This document shows, piece by piece, positions 9,941 to 22,200 of a stretch of DNA of 32,790 nucleotides. The translations under genes and the position numbers were made by a program. The DNA is from Collodictyon triciliatum (lineage: Eukaryota). A model generated the notes under the pieces. That model was given only the letters and a program-made list of their open reading frames with translations. It did no database searches and was not told the origin of the DNA. Position 1 is the stretch's first letter; each line of letters opens with the position of its first letter. The DNA is taken from positions 1 to 32,790 of the forward strand of contig JBHJMP010000907.1 in the NCBI GenBank assembly GCA_043381765.1, written 5' to 3'.

Positions 9941-12900
9941 AACAAAAATAATAACAAGACAAATACTATCAAAATGACACGCCAAAATTCATAGTGGGTT
10001 TGAAGACTCTCCAGATAATAAATACCATCCATTTTCGAAAAACTCTGTGGACGTGGTTTTCACGTTAGATGAAAATGGATGTCTGAATGTTTTGTAAGGC
10101 TTGTAACAATCATTACCGTTCATTGTGATTTTCTCTGATGACGACTCCATCGACGAATTACACTTTTTTATCAAACAAAACTTACATAATTGCTGAAATA
10201 TAACCATTGATGACAAGGCTTTACGGCATGATTAAATATGGACGATTCTCGCTCTTCGAACCTGATGCGGTTGCAGCTACATCTAAAAATTAATTTTATT
10301 CTTGTGGAATTCTCATGTATTGTGCAATCCCTGACAAAATGACATAATTCTTAGGTTTGCGAGGACTCTGGATGGTTTCAAACCAGGACAGATTTGCAGG
10401 AAGTTCTTGTGCTCAGGAACGAGAAGGTTTTTTATCAGAGAAAAACACAGAAAGCTACTAACATTTTATCTGATAAAAGATATTGACTTACGATCACATG
10501 CAATTTATTTATTTATTTCCTTTATCGTGTAATATTTCTGTGGATAACCTACATATTTTCCCTTAGACAGAAGACGAATCCACCTTGATAATGGAATTTC
10601 ATGATTTATCAATGCAGTTTCAAAATAGGAAGCTCCTTCAACAGGTCGGTGATGCTAAGGCGTTCATTTACCTTATTACCTATGGGCTCTTGTGGCAACA
10701 TTCTGTTTTATTTATCTTTTCTCAATTTGTTGTAGTATGCAAGTCACATCATCAATAGCCAGCAAATAACTAAATTTATGACTGCTTCTTTGAACGAAAC
10801 GAACAAAATTGTGAATGGCGCCGATACTTTATTCATAAACCGATGAGATTTGAAACGTCTCTACTTTATATATCATTTGTATCTTTATTATTGTCGCCTG
10901 CTGACACACCAGCTGATATTTATCTCCACCAAATTTTAGTGGAAAGAAGTCAAATCGGCTCTAGAACGTCGTCTTGGAATATTTACATCTGAGCCAGGTG
11001 AAGAGACCACCCATACAACTTTATTTTTCAACAGAAGCAGTCGAGAAAAAGAAGAGGGATGGAAAAAATCAGTTCATTTCTGCATTTATTTCAGTAATAC
11101 CTAAGACGTCGACGCTTCAAGTGACGTTTTGAATTTAGATTTGAAAAAATTCGTCGTATCTCTTTTGGCTGAAGGAACATTTGATGCATGTGGGATTCTC
11201 TCAAAAAATAACAGCACGCAGGCAAGTTTTACGAATTCTATTGCTATTCGGCTATTTATTGATAAGCAAATAAATAAAGTAGAGCCTATTTATGCATCCG
11301 CTTCCTTCATTTTAGATTCTCAAATGATGTTTGATTCATGTCCTTTTAGGCATGTGAAAGAATTATTAACACAGTTCAAACCTCCGTTACAAGTTTAAAT
11401 GCCATTATAACAAAAAACTTGGAAGCCCTTGGCGCAGAACTACTCTTGCTGCTTTCTGATTTAAGAGGAATTTCCGCAAAGTGAGAAGAATGCGCACATA
11501 ATCTTCATGTCGACCATTGACAATCTATTTCACTAAATCGCAATTCATTTTCTTCTCTTTTTTTTTAAAAAAAAAAAGAAAAAGAAGTCCAAATACGCAA
11601 CATTGGCTATGAAATCTAAACATATTTCGCACAGCCCAAAGAGTCGCAGAATATTAGGGATTGATGTAAAGGTTATTCAGAGCATATTTGCACAAGCACT
11701 GGCATGGGTTGAGACCGTCAGAGAGGCACAAAAAATGATATCTGACCTTCGACTTCACGTCACAAAATTTTTCACTTGGGTCTCTGAAAGTAAATTTTTC
11801 TTATCATTTTTGTTTCTCTCTCTTTATTATCTGAACTTGTTGAAGACATGTTTGGAAATAGGAAAGTCTAAAGAAATTTTGTGAATCCACTGAAGAAAAA
11901 CTTACCTTAATGACAATTATTTTACCGTATTTTCTTAAAAGACATCTTCATAATAGTGTGTGTTAATCTTGGCGAAGAGAAGCCTGGGAATCATGTTGCC
12001 GTGAATATGAAAGAGCTCATGAAGTCTGTTTCATTCCTCGAATGCTTCAGACCAAAAATAACAATGCCGAGTCAGGCACTCGGCACTGATTGGTTGGGCA
12101 CTGAAGAAGTCAAACAGAAATCAACAGCAAATCCATTCTCTCGCAGTCAGGATTTGCTCCATTCTTTGCATGAGGCTATCAGCTCTCTAGCAAATTCAAA
12201 CTTATTTGAAGCAGATTCGAGCTATGACGAGCAATCTGTTTGCATCAAGCTTGTATCACAAAGCCGCATCAGGCTGGTGGAATCTTCCTGCAATTCAAAA
12301 GTGGGCCCTTTTCCCCCTTTCATCTTTGAAGCGTGTGCACGAATATAGTATTTGAATTACCGTGCCTGTGATTAACTCCCCACCATTCGTTTCGATTTTC
12401 TTTGCATATGATTATGAAATCGCCTTACGGCAGGAATACGAGTGTATCTTCTGTGAGCCTGAAGATGGAGGTATGGTTGATTTCTCTCCTCAAATCCTTT
12501 ATTTTTTATGCAAAGTAATTTTTGTCTACTAGGTTTATAATCCGTTTTTTTTCTTTTGTTTTCTTTTTGTTTTCCCCCCTTAAAGCAATTATCATCGCTA
12601 AAGTCTCGTACAGCGACAGAACTGCCCGAATATGCCGATTCCTCTTACCAGACGGATACCAACTCGGTAATTAACCTCTCCGTATTTATTACTATGGAGT
12701 GATTTGAATCATCTCCATCTCAACGAACCCTTGTAAGACATTTGTCGATGTAAGTGTTCCAATCATTCTTGCGCTCTAAATTCATCAAACCACTCCAAGA
12801 GACGGCTGGGTTTTACACTGACGAGGAGATTATTGTTTACATGTCCAAGACTGGTTAGAGATTTTGTGCAAAATTCATACTGCTCTATTCATTGAATGTC

Positions 12901-13530
12901 CACGATACCATGCGATAGCGATATCTTACTCAAGTTCTAATCCACGCTAGACACTGATGAAACTATTTTGGCCATCGTGGAGTTCCAGACCCACGATTTC
13001 ACATCCATCAAGACTAGATTGGTGAACCTTCGCCAGGATGTAAGTGTTTTCTCATATATCCACACTTTCCCTCTCAACTATTTCTAACACCGACGCTAAT
13101 TGTGCTTCTTTTTTTTTTTCAAACAAAGGAGAATGCATAGTTTTCTTAAAAAAAAATATTATGGCTAGTTCATGTATTATTTTTTTTTTAGAAACATTCA
13201 TTTTTTTTTATTATTCCTTTCAATTTTTGCAAGATGATGGGAATCTTGATTGTTTGATATATTCATACAGCACTCAATTCCTGCTCGAACTTTATTACTT
13301 TATGTTCATGGCTGCCGTTCTGATTGTCTTTTTCTGTCTTCTTTTTCTTTCGTAAGATTGAGTCTCTAGAGTTGACCGAAAAGATTGCACGCAAGAGGAA
13401 AGAAACACGGGGAAAGTCGATTGCGTGCGTGTCAAGGCAAAGATGTGTGACCTGCATCGCAAGCAGCAACAACTTGGTGGCGTATGCCATGGACGTAGAC
13501 CCCGACAAGCAAGAAGACGAGGACGAGTGA
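8570..13530 (+). CDS. APC4: Anaphase-promoting complex subunit 4 (19 exons)
   Basis: Exons start at ~8570, 9111, 9419, 9748, 9995, 10218, 10355, 10567, 10736, 10940, 11139, 11350, 11635, 11957, 12434, 12586, 12800, 12951 and 13357 and join in frame. APC4-like motifs: LSWCPSMEIV, ITGLFWRSDGRQIAF, LLYGMIK, LLLLLSDLRGIS, ILGID, KFFTWV, ACVSRQRCVTCI, and an acidic C-terminus. The start codon could lie further upstream. Confidence 0.88.
8657..9038 (+). repeat. Pyrimidine-rich simple-sequence expansion in APC4 intron 1
   Basis: Unit drifts from (TTCATTC)n to (TTCATTTTC)n to degenerate (TTC/TTT)n; lies inside intron 8642-9110. Confidence 0.95.
9888..9935 (+). repeat. Poly(T) tract (~48 nt) in APC4 intron 4
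   Basis: Directly visible homopolymer. Confidence 0.95.
13199..13243. repeat. Short dispersed repeat, copy 2 (last APC4 intron)
   Basis: caT(n)attattcctttcaatttttgcaagatgatgggaa closely matches 1734-1782. Confidence 0.6.
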
Positions 13531-13736
13531 ACAGCGCCGCATCTTGGAATCGCTCTTCCACCCTCGCACAACGAACATCATTAAACCTGGAAATACAACT
13601 GCAACCAAAACTGGATGTGAAGGGCTGACCTTGTTTTTGCCTGTCGTTGCGGTGCTGGACACTTTGAAGCGCAGAAGAAGGCGTCGGTTTTCCTACTCCC
13701 AGCAAACCTGCTGAAAACTCCACTCTGCCTACAAGG

Positions 13737-15197
13737 ATGTCCGAGAATCACTGGGAGCAGTTCACAAAGGCAACGTATGACTTGGCTGCAAGTGCTGCTG
13801 ATTTGAGCCGACTGACTCGAACCAGGGAGGAAAAGTCTCAGCAACGCGAAGAACTGACAGACAAGGTTCTGTGTTGGCCCATCTGTCCTTGCGAATTATT
13901 CCACCTTTATTATTGCATTTGCTTTAGTCGCTGCTCCAATAACGAATGAAACTTCAGTTTATTCCATGTCTGTGGTTCGTTTTACAGGAACTGTTTGGTG
14001 AACAAGTGCTCATGCTTACGCGTTTTATATCTCCCTTTCCTTTTCCTTTCATTTTCCTTTTCTTTTCTTTTCTTTTCTTTTCTTTTCTTTTTTCTTTTTT
14101 CTTTTTTCTTTTTTCTTTTTTCTTTTTTTCTTTTTTCTTTTTTCTTTTCTTTTTCTTTTTCTTTCTTTTTTTCTGTTTTCTTTTTCTTTCTTTTTCTTTC
14201 TTTTTCTTTCCTTTTCTCTTTCTTTTCTCTTTCTCTTCTTTTCTTTTCTCTTTCTTTTTCTTTTTCTTTTTCTTTTTCTTTTCTTTTTCTTTTCTCTTTC
14301 TTTTATTTTCTTTTTCTCCCCATCTAGTTAACACAGCTTCGTAGACAAATCGACCTGACAAAGAATCGAGCTGACGCTTTGACAAGATCCATCGGGCTTC
14401 TTGAGAACGATGAGAACGACTATCTGTCAAAAAGGTCTCAGAATCTTAATGTTGGATACAAACTACCTGCCGCATCTATGTGTTGTCTTATCTTGTGCTA
14501 CTTTTTGCATAATGATTTCTTATATATGCATACTTTTGGTTGTAAGAGATGCTGCAGAGGCGGAGAGAAACAGGCTGGATGTATTGTGCCAGAAGATGCA
14601 ACGGGAAATAGAAGAGGTTTCTATCATCAATATTTTCAATGCTTTTTTTTAAGAGCTTCATCATCATTTTACGTGACTTCACATTAAGGCGCAAGATAAA
14701 GTGAACACCCTCAAGCAAGAAGGGCAAGATTGCCAATCCCAGCTGGCGCTCTACCGAGAGGGTAATCGAAAGCTCCAATGTCTCGTGCAGACAGCGCAAG
14801 GAGAGTTGCACATGAAGCAGGTGAGTCTCGCCATTCCCAAGAGTCGAGAAAAGCTCGATTCCGTCTGTGCTTGGGTCTCCATTCTCACACGAGCCCGCTT
14901 GGATATCTCCAGAGAGAAAAGACACGCTACCGACAGGAAATCAGCCGAGCAGACCGGTCGTCGCGCGGGCTTTCTGAAAAGATGAAAGAGTCCCTATCGG
15001 CCGTGTCCGACCTGGTCAATCGCATCGACTTCAACAGGCAAGAGTCCCTCCGGTCCATCTCCACACCAAGCTCGCGTCCGTCCTCGCGCCAGATGAGCCA
15101 CTCTTCCATGAGCAATCGCCCCGCCAGTCGCAGTAGCTCTCGCCCGAAGGAGAATCTGTCCATCGCCCCAGGCATGTCTCTAGTGCTGCCCGGCTGA
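13737..15197 (+). CDS. Uncharacterised coiled-coil protein with Ser/Arg/Pro-rich tail (5 exons, ~240 aa)
   Basis: Exons ~13737-13865, 14328-14434, 14547-14616, 14689-14820 and 14913-15197 join in frame: MSENHWEQF...ELTDK|LTQLRRQIDLTKNRADAL...|...MKQ|REKTRYRQEIS...RPSSRQMSHSS...LVLPG*. AATAAA at ~15298. Confidence 0.75.
14028..14320 (+). repeat. (TTTTTC)n-like expansion in intron 1 of the coiled-coil gene
   Basis: Almost pure C/T tract running up to the TAG acceptor at 14327. Confidence 0.95.
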
Positions 15198-15509
15198 ACT
15201 CGGTCTAATCGGTGCCCAGCGCAAGCACTGATTTGTGATGTCGTGTATGATAAAGTGACTAAAGAAAAAATGGGTGCAGCTGCTGCTTAGACATGCCTAA
15301 TAAAGTATGCAAATCTGGAAAATATAGATGGATATAATTTATATAATCAAAGTGCATGAGCAAGAATCTTTGTGCAGTAAAACTCGAACCAAACCTTTAT
15401 TTTGATCCAAAGACACTTATACAATGATATATTTTAAGCCCCGCGGTGTTGTCTTTCCTATAGGTGTTTGGCTTTCATTATACCACACTTTTCCACACAA
15501 CTCTGGGTA

Positions 15510-15524
15510 TTTCGAGAAGGTTCT
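15510..15524 (+). promoter_or_regulatory. Heat-shock element (perfect, 3 units)
   Basis: tTTCgaGAAggTTCt matches nTTCnnGAAnnTTCn, ~135 nt upstream of the Hsp90 TATA box. Confidence 0.8.
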
Positions 15525-15603
15525 AATATCCACAAATGAATAATTATCTGCACAAATACATAGAAGAATCCCATATTATGATTTGTGAGGGTGGAAGAGG
15601 CAT

Positions 15604-15666
15604 CGAGCAATCCAGAACTTTCTGCAGACTTTTTTAGCCAAACACGAGCAACGCGCCATATATAAA
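15604..15666 (+). promoter_or_regulatory. Proximal imperfect heat-shock element and TATA box of Hsp90
   Basis: GAGcaATCcaGAActTTC (15605-15622) is in HSE register; TATATAAA at 15659-15666. Confidence 0.7.
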
Positions 15667-15901
15667 CCAGTGAAACAGATTCTCCTTCTTCAGCATTGGC
15701 TTACCATGAGCAAAGTCACGACACTGTCGCGCAAATTGGATATGCTCATGCGAGGAAGCAATCAGGAACGCAAGTGATGCACGACGCAAACCCCACCAGA
15801 ACGAAACACACCACCAACGCGGCTGCACTGACGAACTCACCCTTCTCCCAGGAATCTACCGCAACCCCGAACCGCAGAACCCAACCAGCACCAAACCCAC
15901 A

Positions 15902-18501
15902 ATGTCCGACGTCGAGACCTTTGCCTTTCAGGCAGAAATCAACCAGTTGATGAGCCTTATCATCAACACATTCTACACCAATAAGGAAATCTTTCTCCGC
16001 GAGCTCATCTCCAACGCATCGGATGTATGTACCATCCTCCTAACATACGGACACACGCACATTCAGCTGCTCCAACCGAAGCAATCTTGACCCACCCACA
16101 TTCATGCAGTTTTTTTCAAAGACGGATACATGTTTTCTCCTCACATGACTATCTTTCAATCACCAGGCTCTCGACAAAATCCGCTACGAGTCCCTGACCG
16201 ACTCTTCCAAGTTGGAGTCAAACCCAGAGCTCTACATCCACCTCATCCCTGAAAAAGCCAACAACGTTCTACACATTATCGACTCAGGTATCGGCATGAC
16301 CAAGGCTGACCTCGTCAACTGCCTCGGAACCATCGCAAAGTCTGGAACAAAAGGCTTCATGGAAGCTCTCCAAGCTGGAGCCGATGTCTCTATGATTGGC
16401 CAGTTTGGTGTCGGCTTCTACTCGGCTTATCTTGCAGCCAACCGTGTTGTCGTCACCACCAAGCATAACGACGATGAGCAGTAAGTATATTTGATGGGAA
16501 GCATAAGCCACACGACACACTACACACCATTCTTTTAGTGCGATGCGGTATCTACGAGACTCTCAATCTAACAATCGCTAGATACATCTGGGAGTCCGAA
16601 GCTGGAGGCTCCTTCACCATCCGCCGCGACACAGAGGGCGAACCCCTGAAGCGCGGTACCAAAATCACCTTGTATCTGAAGGAGGACCAGCTCGAGTACC
16701 TGGAGGAGCGTCGCCTCAAAGACCTCGTCAAAAAGCACTCGGAGTTTATCAATTATCCCATCTCTCTGTGGGTCGAGAAGACATCCGAGAAGGAAGTCGA
16801 CGAGGAGGAGGAGGAGTCCAAAGAGGGCAAGGAGGATGAGGACACAAAGATTGAGGACGAGCCCGAAGAAAAGGTGACTGAATTTAGCATCTTTCCGCAA
16901 TCAAAGATAACATCATGACCTCTCACTTCCCAAGAGTCACACGGTCTACTGAATGAGCCTTTTCCACACCTAACCACCATCCTGACTGCATACGTCCCAC
17001 CAAAACAGAAAAAGTCCAAAAAGAAGATTAAGGAGGTTCGCAACGAGTTTGAGCATCTCAACAAGCAGAAGCCCCTGTGGTCGCGCAAGCCCGAGGAGGT
17101 GACCAAGGAGGAGTATGCTGCCTTCTACAAGGCCATCACCAACGACTGGGAAGACCACCTTGCTGTTAAGCACTTCTCTGTGGAAGGCCAGCTGGAGTTC
17201 AAGTCCATCCTCTTTATCCCGCGCCGCACCCCCTTTGACATGTTCGAACCCCGCAAGAAGCTCAACAACATCAAGCTGTACGTCCGCCGCGTCTTCATCA
17301 TGGACAACTGCGAAGAGCTCATCCCCGAGTATCTTAACTTTGTCAAGGGTATTGTCGACTCGGAGGACCTGCCCCTCAACATATCGCGTGAGACCCTGCA
17401 GCAGAACAAGATCCTCAAGGTCATCCGCAAGAACGTCATCAAGAAGTGCCTGGAGCTCTTTGCCGAAATCGCTGAGAACAAGGAGGACTTCAAGAAGTTC
17501 TACGAAAACTTCTCCAAGAACCTGAAGCTGGGCATCCACGAAGATTCTCAAAACCGCGCGAAGCTTGCCGAGTTCCTCCGGTAAGCAGAACCACTTCATC
17601 TAGTAACTTTCTCTCCTTTTTATATCACCATCATTCAATCGACCACGGAGTCTCATCCCTACCGCACAGCTATCAGTCCACCAAGTCAGGCGAGGAGGTG
17701 ACAAGCTTCAAAGACTACGTGACGGGAATGAAGGCCAGCCAGAAGAGCATCTACTACATCACGGGGGAGTCCAAGAGCGCGGTGGCCAACTCGCCGTTCC
17801 TGGAGGCATTCAAGAAGCGGGACATCGAGGTGCTGTTCATGGTGGACCCGATTGACGAGTACGCGGTGCAACAGCTGAAGGAGTTTGACGGCAAGAAGCT
17901 TGTGTGCGTGACGAAGGAAGGGCTAGACCTGGAGGATGAGGACGAGGAGGAGAAGAAGCGCAAGGAGGAGGAGAAGGCATCGTTCGAGGGGCTGACGAAG
18001 GTGATCAAGGACATCCTGGGCGACAAGGTGGAGAAGGTGGTGATTGGGCAGCGCATTGTGGACTCGCCCTGCGTCCTCGTGACCGGGCAGTTCGGCTGGT
18101 CCGCAAACATGGAGCGCATCATGAAGGCCCAGGCCCTGCGTGACTCCTCCACCTCATCCTACATGTCGAGCAAGAAGACGATGGAGATCAACCCGCGCAA
18201 CCCCATTGTGGCGTCGCTGCGCAGGAAGGCCGAGGCCGACAAGAACGACAAGACCGTCAAGGACCTCGTCTGGCTGCTCTACGACACCGCCCTCCTCACC
18301 TCCGGCTTCTCGCTCGACGAGCCCGCCAACTTTGCCGGCCGCATCCACCGCATGATAAAGCTCGGCCTCAGCATCGACGAGGACGACGTCTCGGAATCTG
18401 CCGACTCGGCCGCCGCATCTACAGCCAAAGGTGATGAAAACAGCGACGTTCCGGCCCTCGAGGACGAGTCTGCCGAGTCCAAGATGGAGGAGGTCGACTA
18501 A
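15902..18501 (+). CDS. HSP90: Cytosolic heat shock protein 90
   Basis: Exons 15902-16024, 16167-16480, 16582-16873, 17009-17580 and 17670-18501. Signatures [82 protein letters not shown] and C-terminal MEEVD. Confidence 0.99.
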
Positions 18502-19264
18502 GCTGTCAATCCTGGTCTGGAGGCGGTCGCTGCGGTGGGCGGGCTTCAAGGTCATCTCTGCACGAGGCAGAGAAGAAGGGTGCGTGACAGTGTTTTTGCC
18601 TCTTAGAATCATGTTTTCTTCATGTTCTCTTGTTGCTGATGTCAGCGCATCACCACCGCCCGATATCCCAACCAGCTCTCTCTCCTCTCTCTCCGTTTGA
18701 TGCCTCGCTCGCTCCTTGCTGACGGCAACCCACAGGCGCACACATACCATCTTTCTTATGTCTTCTCGGTTACGTATATTTTCCCACACACAAAGTCTTC
18801 CGTCTTCTTTTTCTCTTCCTACATATCCTCTTGTAAATCCTGCCAAGGAATCGCAAGGCATTCACAGACACCAACCCCGCGGCCCAAATGAAACAGTGCC
18901 GAAGAAGCATTCCTGCCGTACAACCTCTGCATCAACCAAACAACGTTGCGCCTTCGTCTGAATAAACAGCCAGCAAACTCAACACCCAAAGACTCGGTTT
19001 GGAAAGTCTGCGCGCAAGTCAGCTGGCGGGATTTCACGCCGACTATGGAGGTGTTACGCGAAGCCGGCATTTCGTGGGCGCGGGTGAGTGAGAGAGAGAG
19101 AGAGAGAGACTGAGTTGGGCATCGCTGGGCCCGCTTCCAGTGGCAGGGTAATGTCATGAGGACATGAGACTTGTAGACAGTTGTGTGTATGTGTATCCGT
19201 TGTCTGGTTTTATTGATGTGGGATGAGGGATGGAGACAAAATCTGATGAGAGCGCCTCGCGCCG

Positions 19265-22200
19265 TCATTTCGAGCCCCATCCGAAGTACGCGAGTGTTGC
19301 AACACCCTGCAGTGAAGTAAAAAGAGAGAAAAAGGAGAAAAGAGAAAAAAAGAGAGAAAAAGAGAGAGAGAGAAAAAGAGAGAGAAAAGAGAGAGAAAAA
19401 AGAGAGAAAAAAAAGAGAGAAAAAAAAGAGAGAAAAAAAAGAGAGAAAAAAAAGAGAGAAAAAAAAGAGAGAAAAAAAAGAGAGAAAAAAAAGAGAGAAA
19501 AATGTGTGTATGAGAAAAAACAGTGCGTTGTTAGGTACTTTTTCTTTGGCTGACTATATTTTTCTTTTGATTTTTCTGTGCGTTGGATGTAAGATTACGC
19601 TGCGTTGGCTTCGTGTGCTGCGGATGTGTGTAATCTCATCGGGCGAAAACTGAAGAAGCGTCGATAGAACAGGGAGAAGTGCCTGATGTAGATTTGCGTG
19701 TAATAATATGTGTTTATTTGCATAGGTGATATGGAAGAGGATAGGAATGTATGTGATGAATATACATAAATATTTGAGCATATTCACTTGTTCAATGATT
19801 AAAATGGTGTGGTTTCTAGCGCGAGTCTGCATATTTTTGATTGGTTGATGAAGAGATGGTATGGCGGTTGTTTTACAGCACCTCGATGTCACCAGTCTCC
19901 AGATATTTAATCATGACATTTTTGAGGTATTCCATGGGCACCTCTTCTCTCTTCTTTGCACGCTTCAGGTCCTCAATCTCTTTATACAGTCTCTGCTCCT
20001 GCTCCAAGTGCCATTCTCTCTCTTCACTCAACTGAAATTTTGATTAAATTCAGAAGATATTATCAAATATCCAACATAAAATATACCAGATTGGAGTTAC
20101 AGCAAAATAAACTTAAATAACATGGTTCAATAAATAGGGGATTATAGCTGATTAGAGGTTAGTTTTTTTTCTTCCGTATTGGTGATATGATTAAAGGATG
20201 TCCTTAATAAGCATTTTCTTTAGTTTTTCATACATTTATAAAGCGCCACGTTTTATGAAATATGTTGATACACTTAAAGCTACCTTTCGGATGGTCTCTT
20301 TAGCGGCTTGAATTTCGAAGTCACGCTGCGCTTGAACCTTTGATCATTTTTTTTTATTTTTTTTATTTATTATTTATTAACATAGATGATCGAAAAAAAA
20401 AAAAAGACAAAAGAGTAAGTGCTTTTACTAAATTTGTAGTCTATCGAGTATTCAAAAAAAATCCTACTTGCGCAAGATGCAGCAATTCCTGGTCTGGATT
20501 CAAAGGTGCATGAATGAGACTTGCAGGATTCATCCTACGAGAAGGAATAGAGTAAACCACATTCTGCGATGCCAATCGTTCAGCTTCTGCGTCAGCCTGC
20601 GCTGATGCACTTTGATTATCACTTTCTCGAATGGACTGAGTATCCTTGTCCTCCAACTCGCTTGTAAACATACTAACTAAGGCCTCTCTTTGTCCAGATG
20701 CAATCAACTCAGACGACTTCAGGCCTAAGGTCAGTCCATCCATTGAATATGCGTTTTAAAAACACACCGAATCAATCAAGGAGGTTGAACACTTAATTCT
20801 TCATTATGGATTTGAAAAAACATCAAGTTAACAAACTGATATTTCCGTCCTGCGCAGAACTTATTTGAGCCCTGTCTGATTGTCGACCTAATATTGGTAT
20901 ATATCATTACAATTCCTTTTGATCCATTTCAATCTCAGCGTCTCATTTTCTTCTTATATTACATACATTTAAGGGATCATGAAACAAAAGCCTGGCTGTT
21001 GGTAATAATGATTTTTCCCCTTTATTCGATTCAAAGTGTTGCTAATAATGATTATCATAATATTAAGAAGCTGAAATTAACCTTGTGATGAGGTGTCCAG
21101 GCTCCCCGTAGATATATCAGCTTGTTGCTTTCCCATACTCCCATTAGATGCTGGTAGCTTTAGCTAAAAAAAATCATAATTGCACATGACGGATTCTCGG
21201 TATTAGTCTCATTATAGCTTTTCTATTGACAAGACCATTAATACCTTTTGTAAACATAGTACTTGCTCTGAATATTTCGTATGAAACCTTTTCTCGAAGC
21301 TGAGCTATTTCTTTATCTTTTTCTTCAAAGAGAACTTGGTTGCGTTCCCTTACTTTGTTGATTTGACCTCGAAGCTCTTCTGTTTTTTCATTTTGCAGTT
21401 GCTCGAGTCTTTTGACAACTAAAAGAGTTGTCCAACATGAAGGAAAATTTGTTGGTAAGATAGTGTTTGAACCATTCAATTTGAACCAAATGTTTTCTCT
21501 TTCTTAAGAGTTCGATGGAACCATTTTTATCACTATTTTTTTCACCTGTTTGATGATCTGCGACTAGGCGCCCTATTTCGGCGTCTTTTTCGAGGGATTC
21601 TTTTCTAATCACATCAATTTTTTCTTCGTACTGAGCTTCGCAGCTTGTCAAGTTGATTTTTAATTGTTCTGACTCATCAAAGAGCACATAATACCGCGAT
21701 TCGATGTCAGTAAAGTGGTTGAGCTGTTCCTATGATTAGATGTTCTCATTAGATATTGCATTGAGGTGATTAGAATTTAGATAATCCGGCGTACATTGAG
21801 GGAGTTTATTTGCAGTTCCAGGTCTCTAATCATTTTTTCACTGTCATGCAAACGTGCTTGCAAATCAGCTGCTTTGGCTTCATAGTGCTGCATCTATTTG
21901 CAAATTCAGAGTCAACATCTTTTAGGATACTATAGAATTGGCATGGCAGACAATATTTTCTTCATTCTAATACATATTTTGCGGATAAATAATTGCATTT
22001 CAATTAAAAAAATCAAAACATCTGAATAACCTGAGATGCGCCTTGCTTGGAAGTAAGGCTTTTGATTGCAAGTTGTGCTTTACTCTTGTATTTCTTAAAT
22101 TCTACTCTCCAGAAAACAAGAAAATAAAATGAAATAAAACCTGAATTAGATCCACACATAGCCTCATGATATTTCAGAGCTTTTCTTTCTTGAATAGTAA

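Noticed and set aside
10136-10196. C/D-box snoRNA candidate (TGATGA...CTGA) in an APC4 intron
   Set aside because: No terminal stem or recognisable rRNA guide; such motifs are expected by chance.
11548-11587. Poly(T)/poly(A) hairpin
   Set aside because: Low-complexity intronic homopolymers with no evidence of function.
16970-18861. Long antisense ORFs over Hsp90
   Set aside because: Expected shadow of strong GC3 codon bias.
18890-19090. Plus-strand frame ending at a strong GTGAGT donor
   Set aside because: No convincing start or acceptor and no downstream exon; lies between convergent 3' ends.
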